Of a stretch of 15,767 nucleotides of DNA, positions 8,099-15,237 are shown one piece after another; position 1 is the first letter of the stretch, and each line of letters begins with the position of its first letter. The translations under genes and the position numbers were made by a program. The stretch spans positions 1-15,767 of the forward strand of contig JANLOX010000060.1 of assembly GCA_031366795.1 (NCBI GenBank), read 5' to 3'. This DNA comes from Candidatus Eiseniibacteriota bacterium. Its GTDB lineage: Bacteria; Eisenbacteria; RBG-16-71-46. The notes under the pieces were generated by a model. That model did no database searches and was not told the origin of the DNA. It saw nothing but the letters and a program-made list of their open reading frames with translations.

Positions 8099-8386
8099 CT
8101 ACTTGAGCGCCAGTTCCTTCATCGCCTTCGCGATACGGAACTTCAGCACGCGCTTGGCCGGAATCTTGATGGCCTCGCCCGTCTGCGGGTTACGTCCCAT
8201 GCGCGCCTTGCGGTTCACCACAACCAGCTTGCCGACGCCCGGGAACACGAAACCCGTCTTCGCCTGCTTGGCGGCGAGCGTCGCGAGCTCTTCGAGAATC
8301 AGCGCGCTCTGCTTCTTGGTGATCTCAAACTTGTCCGCCAGGTGACCGGCGATCTGCGACTTCGTCATCATTTTGCTCTTGGCCAT
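8099..8386 (-). CDS. hup: HU family nucleoid DNA-binding protein
   Basis: 95 aa: MAKSKMMTKSQIAGHLA...FVFPGVGKLVVVNRKARMGRNPQTGEAIKIPAKRVLKFRIAKAMKE. GRNPQTG arm signature and a strong GGGAGAGGA RBS before ATG 8386. Confidence 0.96.
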   Translation of the reverse strand: MAKSKMMTKSQIAGHLADKFEITKKQSALILEELATLAAKQAKTGFVFPGVGKLVVVNRKARMGRNPQTGEAIKIPAKRVLKFRIAKAMKELALK

Positions 8387-8414
8387 CGGTCTTCCTCTCC
8401 CTGTGAAGGCCTCT

Positions 8415-8439
8415 GCGTGAGTCAGGCGGGCATGAGTCA
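8415..8439. repeat. Direct repeat GC(G/A)TGAGTCA x2 at 15-bp period upstream of HU; possible operator or leader structure
   Basis: GCGTGAGTCA at 8415-8424 and GCATGAGTCA at 8430-8439. Each contains the dyad TGA-G-TCA. Confidence 0.45.
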
Positions 8440-8667
8440 AATGCCCTCGCCGCAGGAATGAATAGCATCGCGCGGCCGCATTATCAAAGGGAATTCAAGA
8501 GGGCACCCCGGTTGTACCCTGATTTGACGCGGTCAGGAACCATGCATTTTCCGGACCGCATGGATTGCGGTCGCGCTGGGGGTAGGGTGCCGAGCGGCCG
8601 CCAACGGCGGTATCGGACGACGTGCAGCGCCCAAAAATTCTCCGCCAATACGGCGCAGATGACTTGG

Positions 8668-9996
8668 CTACTGCGACTTGCGGCGCTTCTTTCCAGCATC
8701 GGTTTGGCCCGCTATTGGCGCGGTCGAAACCACTTTCGCGACCGCGGCCGCGAGCTTCGACGGCGTGACGCGGCCCAGCGAGACCGACTTAGCCCCTTCG
8801 AATCGCGCGAGAGATTTTACCGTTTCGCCGAGTCCGTGGAGGGCCGCCTCGCGGTCGAATTTCTCCCAGCGGACCGTCGGCGGCTGTTTCCCGGCGGCGG
8901 CCCAAGGCTCGAAATGGACGTGGCGAATTTCGAGCCGGCGCTCAGCGCGATGGTTTTTTGCGTCGACGCGGCCGATCAGCTGGCCGTCGTGGAACAGCGG
9001 AAGTGAGTAGTACCCGTGCACGCGTTTGTGGCCCGGGACGTAGACCTCGAGCTTGTAGTCGTAGCCGAACAGCGTCTGCACGCGCCCGCGATGCCACAGC
9101 AGCGAATCGAACGGCGCGAGCAGCGTGGTGCCCGTGGACGGCGCGCGCATGCGGCCGGCCGCCTCGAGTAGCGGCAGCTCCGCAGCGAGCGCGAACCACT
9201 TCTGCTTGTCACCCGCCACGTTGACGGGGACGACTTCGCCCGTCTTCAGCAACGATTGCAGCGCCGCCCGTCGCTTGCCGACGGGCAGGCGCGGGTAGGT
9301 CAAGTACATGCGCAGGTCCATGTCCGTTGCGGCTCCCATGGCCTTCAGCGACCGCCGAATGTGCCAGCGCAGGAATTCGGGGAAGGGCGGTGGCTCAATC
9401 GCCGTGATCCCGGGGAGCACGCGCTCGGCCAAGTCGTAGCGCTTCTGGAAGTGCGTCCGCTCGTGGACCATGAAGCGCCCGGACATCCACAGGAAGTGCA
9501 GCGCATGAGCCGCGGGCTTCCAACCCCACCAGCCCTGGGAGCCTTTGGGCCGCGGCCCAAGGAAGTCGATGTTGCCCAGCGGCCCCCGCTCGCGCACCGC
9601 GCTCTCGATCGATTGTAACAGCTCGGCGTGCTTGCGCAGCCAGCGGCCCCAGCCCGTGTGCTGACGGCGGTAGTCGTCCATGGTGCGCCGCCATTGCGCT
9701 GCGTGCGCGCGGGGTACGAAGCAGGCCGCGTGCGACCAGTACTCAAACAACACGCGGTCGCGATAGATCAGTGAGTCGAGCTTCGAGTGCGCGTAGTGGT
9801 CGAACCGGCTCCACGCCGTCAGGTAGTGCGCGCGGTCCAGCACGTTGATCGAATCGATCTGCAGGCCGCCCGTGCTCTCGATAAATCCGCCGAGCGACTT
9901 CGCCGACAATCTCCGTCCGCGCGGACGGTCGAGCCACTGCCGCTGGATGAACGACGCCGCGACCGCCTCGCGCGTGAAGGTGCGCGGCTCGCTCAT
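8668..9996 (-). CDS. ycaQ: YcaQ/AlkZ-family (HTH_42 winged-helix) interstrand-crosslink DNA glycosylase
   Basis: Real start MSEPRTFTRE at ATG 9996, overlapping the upstream stop. QxD catalytic motif LQIDSINVLDRAHY, LFEYWSHAACF, FQKRYDLAERVLP, and LLAPFDSLLWHRGRVQTLFGYDYKLEVYVPGHKRVHGYYSLP. Confidence 0.9.
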   Translation of the reverse strand: MSEPRTFTREAVAASFIQRQWLDRPRGRRLSAKSLGGFIESTGGLQIDSINVLDRAHYLTAWSRFDHYAHSKLDSLIYRDRVLFEYWSHAACFVPRAHAAQWRRTMDDYRRQHTGWGRWLRKHAELLQSIESAVRERGPLGNIDFLGPRPKGSQGWWGWKPAAHALHFLWMSGRFMVHERTHFQKRYDLAERVLPGITAIEPPPFPEFLRWHIRRSLKAMGAATDMDLRMYLTYPRLPVGKRRAALQSLLKTGEVVPVNVAGDKQKWFALAAELPLLEAAGRMRAPSTGTTLLAPFDSLLWHRGRVQTLFGYDYKLEVYVPGHKRVHGYYSLPLFHDGQLIGRVDAKNHRAERRLEIRHVHFEPWAAAGKQPPTVRWEKFDREAALHGLGETVKSLARFEGAKSVSLGRVTPSKLAAAVAKVVSTAPIAGQTDAGKKRRKSQ

Positions 9997-11474
9997 GCCG
10001 GGAGCGCGGGGGCGCTGCTCAAGCGGGCGCGGGCATGTAGCACGGGCGCCGGCAGACGGATCGCGCTGTCGGGCGGCGGGTAAGCCAGTGCGAGGATCTC
10101 CACGAGATGCGCCATGCGCGCCGTGCTGCCGCGCCGGCCCGCGCCGCGCGCCATGTGCAGGAGGCAGCCGGGATTCGAGGCGATCACGACGTCGGGCGCC
10201 GCGGCGTCGATCGAGTCGAGCTTGTGCTCGAGTTGCGCGTCGGCCATCGCTTCGTGCGTGAGGTTGTAAATCCCCGCGCCGCCGCAGCACCAATCGGAAT
10301 TCGCCAGCTCGACCATGCGCACGCCAGGCAGCGCCGCCAACAGCGCGCGGGGCTGCGAACGCACCTTCTGGGCGTGTGCCAGGTGACACGGGTCGTGGTA
10401 GGCGATGCGCAGCGGACGCTTGGGGTCGCCGTCATGCGCGAGCGTTGCGTCGGGCGCGGGCAGCCCGAGCGTGGCGAGCACTTCGGAGACGTCACGCACG
10501 CGCGTAGAGAAGGCGGCGGCGGCGTTGGCTGTGGGCGTCTCGCCCAGCAGGTGCCCGGCCTCGCGCAACGCCGCGCCGCAGCCGGCGGAGTCGGTAACGA
10601 CGTAGTCGAATGCCTCGCCGAACACCTTCACGTTGGTCTGCGCGAGTTGCTTGGCCTCGCGCCTGAGCCCCGAGTGCGCGTGCAGCGCGCCGCAGCAGGT
10701 CTGCGCCACCGGCACGGTCACGTGTGCTCCGGCGATGACGAGCAGGCGCACCGCATCCTGGTTGAGCCGCGGGAACATGACGTCCATCACGCACGAGGTG
10801 AAGAACGCGACACGCGCTTTCGGGGCTCCCGCCGGATGGAAGATCACCGCGTCGCGCGAATGTTCGCATCGGGCGCCGGCCGGCAGCTGCGACGCGATCA
10901 TCTCGAGCCCGCGTTCGTCGCGCGCTACGATTGGCGGCGTGATCTCGAGCCCGCGCGCGGCGAACGCCGGCATCAGGCCACACGCGGCCAGGGCTCGCGC
11001 GATCGCGGCCAACGGTGGCCACTGCATGAGCCGCAGCAGGTCCGCGACCAAGTGCATGCGCTCGCGATGCGGGAACAATGTGCGCAGCGCCCAGCGGCCG
11101 AGCGCGCGCGGTGCGCCGGGCTCGGGGCGCTGGCGTTCGAGCTGCCCACGCGTCTCCTCTAGCATGCGGCTGTAGGGGACGCCCGCGGGGCAGACCGTTT
11201 CGCACGCGCGGCAATCGAGGCAGTTGTCGAGATGCTCGACGAGTTCATCGCTCGGCCCGATGCGGCCCTCGGCGAGGCCGCGCATCAGGTAGATGCGGCC
11301 GCGCGGCGAATCGGGCTCGATCTTCAGCTCTCGGTAGGTCGGGCACGCGGTGAGGCACAGGCCGCAGTGGATGCAGGTGTTCAGGTCTTTCGCGGTGGGC
11401 GAGTCCTCGGCGTCGAACCAGCTCAGTGCTGTGGGTGGCGCGCCGTGAGCGGCGGGGGTGCCAGGCGTGCTCAT
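9993..11474 (-). CDS. glcF: GlcF-type Fe-S oxidoreductase subunit (two [4Fe-4S] ferredoxin motifs plus two CCG domains)
   Basis: CIHCGLCLTACPTY, SPRGRIYLM, CLDCRACETVCPAGV, TCCGALHAHSG, SAGCG, YHDPCHLAHAQ, WCCGGAGIYN and SNPGCLLH. Start at ATG 11474 via ATGA overlap. Confidence 0.88.
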   Translation of the reverse strand: MSTPGTPAAHGAPPTALSWFDAEDSPTAKDLNTCIHCGLCLTACPTYRELKIEPDSPRGRIYLMRGLAEGRIGPSDELVEHLDNCLDCRACETVCPAGVPYSRMLEETRGQLERQRPEPGAPRALGRWALRTLFPHRERMHLVADLLRLMQWPPLAAIARALAACGLMPAFAARGLEITPPIVARDERGLEMIASQLPAGARCEHSRDAVIFHPAGAPKARVAFFTSCVMDVMFPRLNQDAVRLLVIAGAHVTVPVAQTCCGALHAHSGLRREAKQLAQTNVKVFGEAFDYVVTDSAGCGAALREAGHLLGETPTANAAAAFSTRVRDVSEVLATLGLPAPDATLAHDGDPKRPLRIAYHDPCHLAHAQKVRSQPRALLAALPGVRMVELANSDWCCGGAGIYNLTHEAMADAQLEHKLDSIDAAAPDVVIASNPGCLLHMARGAGRRGSTARMAHLVEILALAYPPPDSAIRLPAPVLHARARLSSAPALPA

Positions 11475-11923
11475 GACGGATTGTCGGCGCCCGCGTCGAA
11501 ATGGAAACGGTGCATCAGCCGGTGGACGACCGGCGCCAGCAGGACGCCCACGCTGCTCAGGAACGCCACTCCGCTGAACAGTGCGTAAGCGGAAGCGAAC
11601 AGCTTCGCCGTGTCGGTGTCGAGGTGGTCCACCGGACCCATTCCCGTCAGAATCATCGAGGCGTTGAGGATCGAATCGACCCAGCCAAGGTGCGCCGTCC
11701 AGTGATAGCCCAGCACGCCAATCAACAGTGACCCGCCGATCAGCCCGAAGCCCCACATTATGCTGCGCGAGAGACGCGACCAGAACTGTGCGAGCGGCAG
11801 CAGCGGTTCTTCCTTGTGTTCGAACTCGAACAGCTTGAGGCCGCCGAGTTTCTTGGCGCGCTCGGCGGCGGCGCGATCGGCGCGCTTGGTATCTGCCGCG
11901 CTCTTGCGCTTGCCGTCGCTCAT
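11471..11923 (-). CDS. Small 2-TM membrane protein with potassium-channel-like (Ion_trans_2-like) pore architecture and a non-canonical filter
   Basis: TM1 IMWGFGLIGGSLLIGVLGYHW, pore-helix-like LGWVDSILNASMILTGMGPVD, turn TDTAKLF, and TM2 ASAYALFSGVAFLSSVGVLLAP. ATGA overlaps at both ends. Confidence 0.7.
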   Translation of the reverse strand: MSDGKRKSAADTKRADRAAAERAKKLGGLKLFEFEHKEEPLLPLAQFWSRLSRSIMWGFGLIGGSLLIGVLGYHWTAHLGWVDSILNASMILTGMGPVDHLDTDTAKLFASAYALFSGVAFLSSVGVLLAPVVHRLMHRFHFDAGADNPS

Positions 11924-12948
11924 GGCACCAGCACGATTTTGCCGAAGTGCTCGCGCGCTTCGATGCGCTTGTGCGCGCTGCGTGCTTCGGCAAGCGGCAT
12001 GACCGTGTCGACGACCGGTTTCAGCCGTCCCGCGCGCACTTGTTCGATCACCGCCAGCGACTCGGCGCGTGTGCCCATCCATGACCCCATCAATGAGAGG
12101 TGCCGCCCGAACAACGCGTTCAGGTCGAGAGCGACCTTGTGCCCGATAGTAGCGCCACAGGTCACCAAGCGCCCGTTCTTCGCCAGTGAGGCGACGCCGG
12201 CCTCGAACACCCGGCCCCCAACGTGCTCGATCACGACCTCGACGCCCTTGCGGTTCGTCAGCGCGCGTACTTCGGCGGCGATGTCCTGCGTCGAATGGTC
12301 GATGGTCGCGTCCGCGCCCAATGCACGCGCGCGCTCCAGCTTGGCCGCCGAGCCCGCGGTCGCGATGACGCGGGCTCCGTGGAGCTTCGCGACCTGGATC
12401 GCAGCGCTCCCGACGCCGCTGCCCGCGCCGATCACAAGGCTATCCTCGCCCGCCGCGATCTTCGCGCGGCCCACCAGCATGTGCCACGCCGTCAGGAACA
12501 CCAGCGGCATCGCGGCGGCCTGCTCGAATGGAAGCTCGCCGGGATAGGGCAGGCAGTTGCGCGCCGGCACCGCGACGCGCTCGGCGTAACCGCCGTTGCG
12601 GTGGCGCCCAAGCACATCGTAGTGGCGGCATAGATTGTCGTCGCCCGCGAGGCATGCCGCGCATTCGCCGCATGACAACGTCGGATGCACCCACACGCGC
12701 TCGCCGATCGCGGGCGCCGTCACACCCGCGCCGAGTTCGCTCACCTCGCCGACGACATCGTTGCCGAGGATGTGTGGCATCTCAGGCTCGAGCCCCGGCA
12801 GGCCGGCGCGCACCCACAGGTCGAGATGGTTGATGCCGCAAGCGCGCACGCGGATGATGACTTCGCCCGGCTGGGGCGCGGGGTCCGGCATCTCGCGGGC
12901 CTCGAGGACTTCAGGCCCGCCGAAGCGATCAAACACGATCGCTTTCAT
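11920..12948 (-). CDS. MDR-superfamily zinc-binding oxidoreductase (alcohol dehydrogenase-like / quinone reductase-like)
   Basis: MKAIVFDRFGGPEVL start, GINHLD, PHILGND, structural-Zn CGECAACLAGDDNLC, nucleotide-binding GAGSGVG, and C-terminal EHFGKIVL. Confidence 0.92.
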   Translation of the reverse strand: MKAIVFDRFGGPEVLEAREMPDPAPQPGEVIIRVRACGINHLDLWVRAGLPGLEPEMPHILGNDVVGEVSELGAGVTAPAIGERVWVHPTLSCGECAACLAGDDNLCRHYDVLGRHRNGGYAERVAVPARNCLPYPGELPFEQAAAMPLVFLTAWHMLVGRAKIAAGEDSLVIGAGSGVGSAAIQVAKLHGARVIATAGSAAKLERARALGADATIDHSTQDIAAEVRALTNRKGVEVVIEHVGGRVFEAGVASLAKNGRLVTCGATIGHKVALDLNALFGRHLSLMGSWMGTRAESLAVIEQVRAGRLKPVVDTVMPLAEARSAHKRIEAREHFGKIVLVP

Positions 12949-13817
12949 TCGTCGAACAACACCGTCGGCTCTTCGTAGTAGCGCACCTGGCGGGTTGCGA
13001 TGCGTTCTTCAATGCGCTCGCGCAGCCAACGGTTCTTGTCTTCGAGCGTTTGCTTCGTGTCCATCAGCACTTCGATGGGAATGTTCAGCCGCAATGCGCG
13101 CCATCGCACGAGATGACGCGTGATGCCCGCAGGGAGGCGATCATCGGCGTGCGCCAACTCGAGAATTTCCGCGGGCTCGAAGTGCGGGAACACCACCAGC
13201 GCTGTCACGTCCGGGTGCCGCTGGACGATGTGCCCGTAGTCATCGCCCGCGACGCGGTAGAACTTGCCATGACCGCGATAGCCATCGACGACGATGTTGA
13301 GCAACGCGTTGCGTTCGTGAATCCCCGTGCCGCCATGCAACGTGAGCACCGTGCCATCTTCGAACTGGATCCACGCCAGCGCCTCGCGCCGTGCCAGCAC
13401 CGCGCGCGCATGGCGCACATCGGTGTCGGCCGACGACAGCCCCGGCGTGCGATCGAGCGCGGCCTGCATCTCGGCGTGCGGGTAGTGCGATAGCGCGTGG
13501 TTCCAGGTGCTGAGCTCGACGTGCGCCGCGTCGTAGGGGACCACCTGCACGATCATGTGCGGGAACCCCGCCGCCTTCGCGGCCGTCGAGCGGTTCGCGC
13601 CATCGAGCACGACATAGCGTGCATCGGGCGTCCCCTCTCCCGAAAGCGTCGTCACGATGGGCGGGTTCTTGAGCACCGACAACTCGCGGATCTTGCGCAC
13701 CAACGGCTCGAGCCGGCTGTTGTCCGGCTGCTCGTGCGGGAGGATCGAGGCGGTCGGAACGAAGCGAAGATCGGGAAGATGCGATTCGTGCGAGTCGGCA
13801 GGGTTGGTGTGATTCAT
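12945..13817 (-). CDS. ParB/sulfiredoxin-fold protein, SbnI/SerK-like (putative free L-serine or small-molecule kinase)
   Basis: 290 aa from ATG 13817. Motifs ILPHE, LKNPPIV, YVVLDGANR, VELSTWNH, LPAGITRH..RALRLNIPIEVL and C-terminal VRYYEEPTVLFDE follow the S. aureus SbnI layout over the full length, as I recall it. Confidence 0.75.
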   Translation of the reverse strand: MNHTNPADSHESHLPDLRFVPTASILPHEQPDNSRLEPLVRKIRELSVLKNPPIVTTLSGEGTPDARYVVLDGANRSTAAKAAGFPHMIVQVVPYDAAHVELSTWNHALSHYPHAEMQAALDRTPGLSSADTDVRHARAVLARREALAWIQFEDGTVLTLHGGTGIHERNALLNIVVDGYRGHGKFYRVAGDDYGHIVQRHPDVTALVVFPHFEPAEILELAHADDRLPAGITRHLVRWRALRLNIPIEVLMDTKQTLEDKNRWLRERIEERIATRQVRYYEEPTVLFDE

Positions 13818-13824
13818 GGCGAGG

Positions 13825-13830
13825 AATCTA
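13825..13830 (-). promoter_or_regulatory. -10 hexamer (TAGATT) positioned for a leaderless transcript of the five-gene operon
   Basis: The minus strand reads TAGATT-CCTCGCC-ATG, a TAnnnT box 7 nt before ATG 13817, with no Shine-Dalgarno in between. Confidence 0.5.
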
Positions 13831-13952
13831 CACCAAGGGGCGGCCGAGGGCGCGGGGCGTGGGCGGCGGTGCGGGCGGTGCCGTCCGCTCGCTCTGGTAA
13901 GCTGGCCGCGTTGATCCGCACTCGAATCCCGAGCATATGGGAGCCCCCACTC

Positions 13953-14450
13953 ATGCCCACGATTGCCCAAGCCCAATCGCCGGTCGAAATTGACGCCGTG
14001 CGTGAGTTGATTCGCGAGTACACGGACTGGGCGTTCACGCTTGCGGAGGGCAGCCGTAAGGCTCCGACGTTCGAGCGACTTGAGGAGGAGTTGGCCGGGT
14101 TGCCGGGGAAGTATGCCCCTCCGGGTGGCGCTCTCCTGCTGGCGATGCACGACGGCACGTCTGCGGGATGCGTGGGATTGCGACGGTTCGACGCCGGCAC
14201 CGGAGAATTGAAGCGGTTGTACGTGCGGCCCGCCGCTCGCGGGCTCAATCTCGGCCAACGGCTCGTCGACGCTGTGCTGGCTGAGGCGCGCAGACTCGGC
14301 TACCGGCGCATCATTCTCGACAGCCATATCTCGATGACCAAGGCGCACGCAATCTACGAGGCCTCGGGATTCCGGCGCGGCGCGGTTCCGGATACCTTTC
14401 CGGAGGAGATGAAACCGTTTGTCGTGTTCATGGAGATGGCGCTCGAGTGA
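13953..14450 (+). CDS. GNAT family N-acetyltransferase
   Basis: GGGAG RBS before ATG 13953. EELAGLPGKYAPPGGALLLA, GCVGLR, ELKRLYVRPAARGLNLGQRL (acetyl-CoA motif A), and AHAIYEASGF. Confidence 0.93.
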   Translation: MPTIAQAQSPVEIDAVRELIREYTDWAFTLAEGSRKAPTFERLEEELAGLPGKYAPPGGALLLAMHDGTSAGCVGLRRFDAGTGELKRLYVRPAARGLNLGQRLVDAVLAEARRLGYRRIILDSHISMTKAHAIYEASGFRRGAVPDTFPEEMKPFVVFMEMALE

Positions 14451-15118
14451 TCCCCTGGAAGGAACTCGGGCGCGCGAGCATTCCCGGTGAGGCCGCTCCG
14501 CTCATCCTTGCGCAGCGCGATACCGAGTATGTGATCCGCATCGGGGCGAACGCGTTGATGAGCAGCCGCGCGCATGGCTCCGAGGAGGCGTTGGCGGAGT
14601 TGGCGTGCGCGCGCATAGCTGGCCGCACAAATGCGCGCGTACTCATCGGTGGGCTCGGGATGGGCTTTACGCTCGCGGCGGCGTTGGGGAGCCTGCCGGC
14701 GAATGCACGGGTCGTCGTCGCGGAGCTCATGCCCGCGGTCATCGAATGGAATCGCGGCCCTCTCGCGCATCTCGCGAATCGACCGCTCGAGGATCAGCGG
14801 GTCACCGTGCACGCAGGCGACGTGGCCGCGGTCATATCCAATGAGCGCTCGGCCTTCGACGCGATCCTCCTCGACGTGGACAACGGCCCCAACGGCCTGA
14901 CCCGCGCCTCGAACGACGGGCTCTACTCTGCAGCAGGGCTCGCAGCCGCGCTGCGGGCCTTGCGCGTGGGCGGTGTGTTCGGGGTCTGGTCGGTGGCGCC
15001 CGATGATGAGTTCTCGCGCCGTCTGGGGCGGGTCGGATTCGAAGTCGAGGAGGAGATCGTTCGTGCGCGCCGGACCAAGGGCGGGCGGCATACTCTGTGG
15101 CTGGGCACGAAGCCATAG
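14447..15118 (+). CDS. Spermidine-synthase-like class I SAM-dependent methyltransferase
   Basis: LMSSRAHGSEEALA, motif I RVLIGGLGMGFT, VVVAEL, and FDAILLDVDNGP. The GTG start overlaps the GNAT stop (GTGA). Confidence 0.85.
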   Translation: MIPWKELGRASIPGEAAPLILAQRDTEYVIRIGANALMSSRAHGSEEALAELACARIAGRTNARVLIGGLGMGFTLAAALGSLPANARVVVAELMPAVIEWNRGPLAHLANRPLEDQRVTVHAGDVAAVISNERSAFDAILLDVDNGPNGLTRASNDGLYSAAGLAAALRALRVGGVFGVWSVAPDDEFSRRLGRVGFEVEEEIVRARRTKGGRHTLWLGTKP

Positions 15119-15201
15119 CCTCGACGGAGCGAAGTCGCGGCGGGTATCCGGCCCTCGCGACCTGAGTTTACGCGCCACTGGCCGCCCGCCAACGGTGGCT
15201 C

Positions 15202-15207
15202 TATGAT
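15202..15207 (+). promoter_or_regulatory. Possible sigma70 -10 box (TATGAT) upstream of the ABC transporter
   Basis: TATGAT lies 14 nt before AGGAG (15222-15226). No convincing -35 is present. Confidence 0.3.
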
Positions 15208-15237
15208 GTGCGTTCATCCTCAGGAGACCATGAGCAC

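Noticed and set aside
9997..10389. Apparent N-terminal extension of YcaQ (573-aa ORF)
   Set aside because: It lies inside glcF in another frame and is low-complexity. The real start is ATG 9996.
10107..11162. 351-aa plus-strand ORF, and the other short Arg/Ala/Pro-rich ORFs overlapping called genes
   Set aside because: They are antisense or out-of-frame to well-supported genes, and their composition is typical of non-coding GC-rich frames.
11475..11993. Apparent N-terminal extension making GlcF 666 aa
   Set aside because: It overlaps the channel-like gene in another frame. The ATGA overlap at 11471-11474 marks the real start, so this is not a fusion.
12945..13817. Chromosome or plasmid partition protein ParB
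   Set aside because: There is no HTH or dimerisation region, no parA, and no parS-like palindrome noticed. The full-length pattern fits SbnI/SerK better.
13497..14348. Mutually overlapping extensions of the SbnI-like ORF (to 14348) and the GNAT ORF (from 13497)
   Set aside because: Each extension is the antisense of the other real gene. Family similarity begins only at 13817 (-) and 13953 (+).
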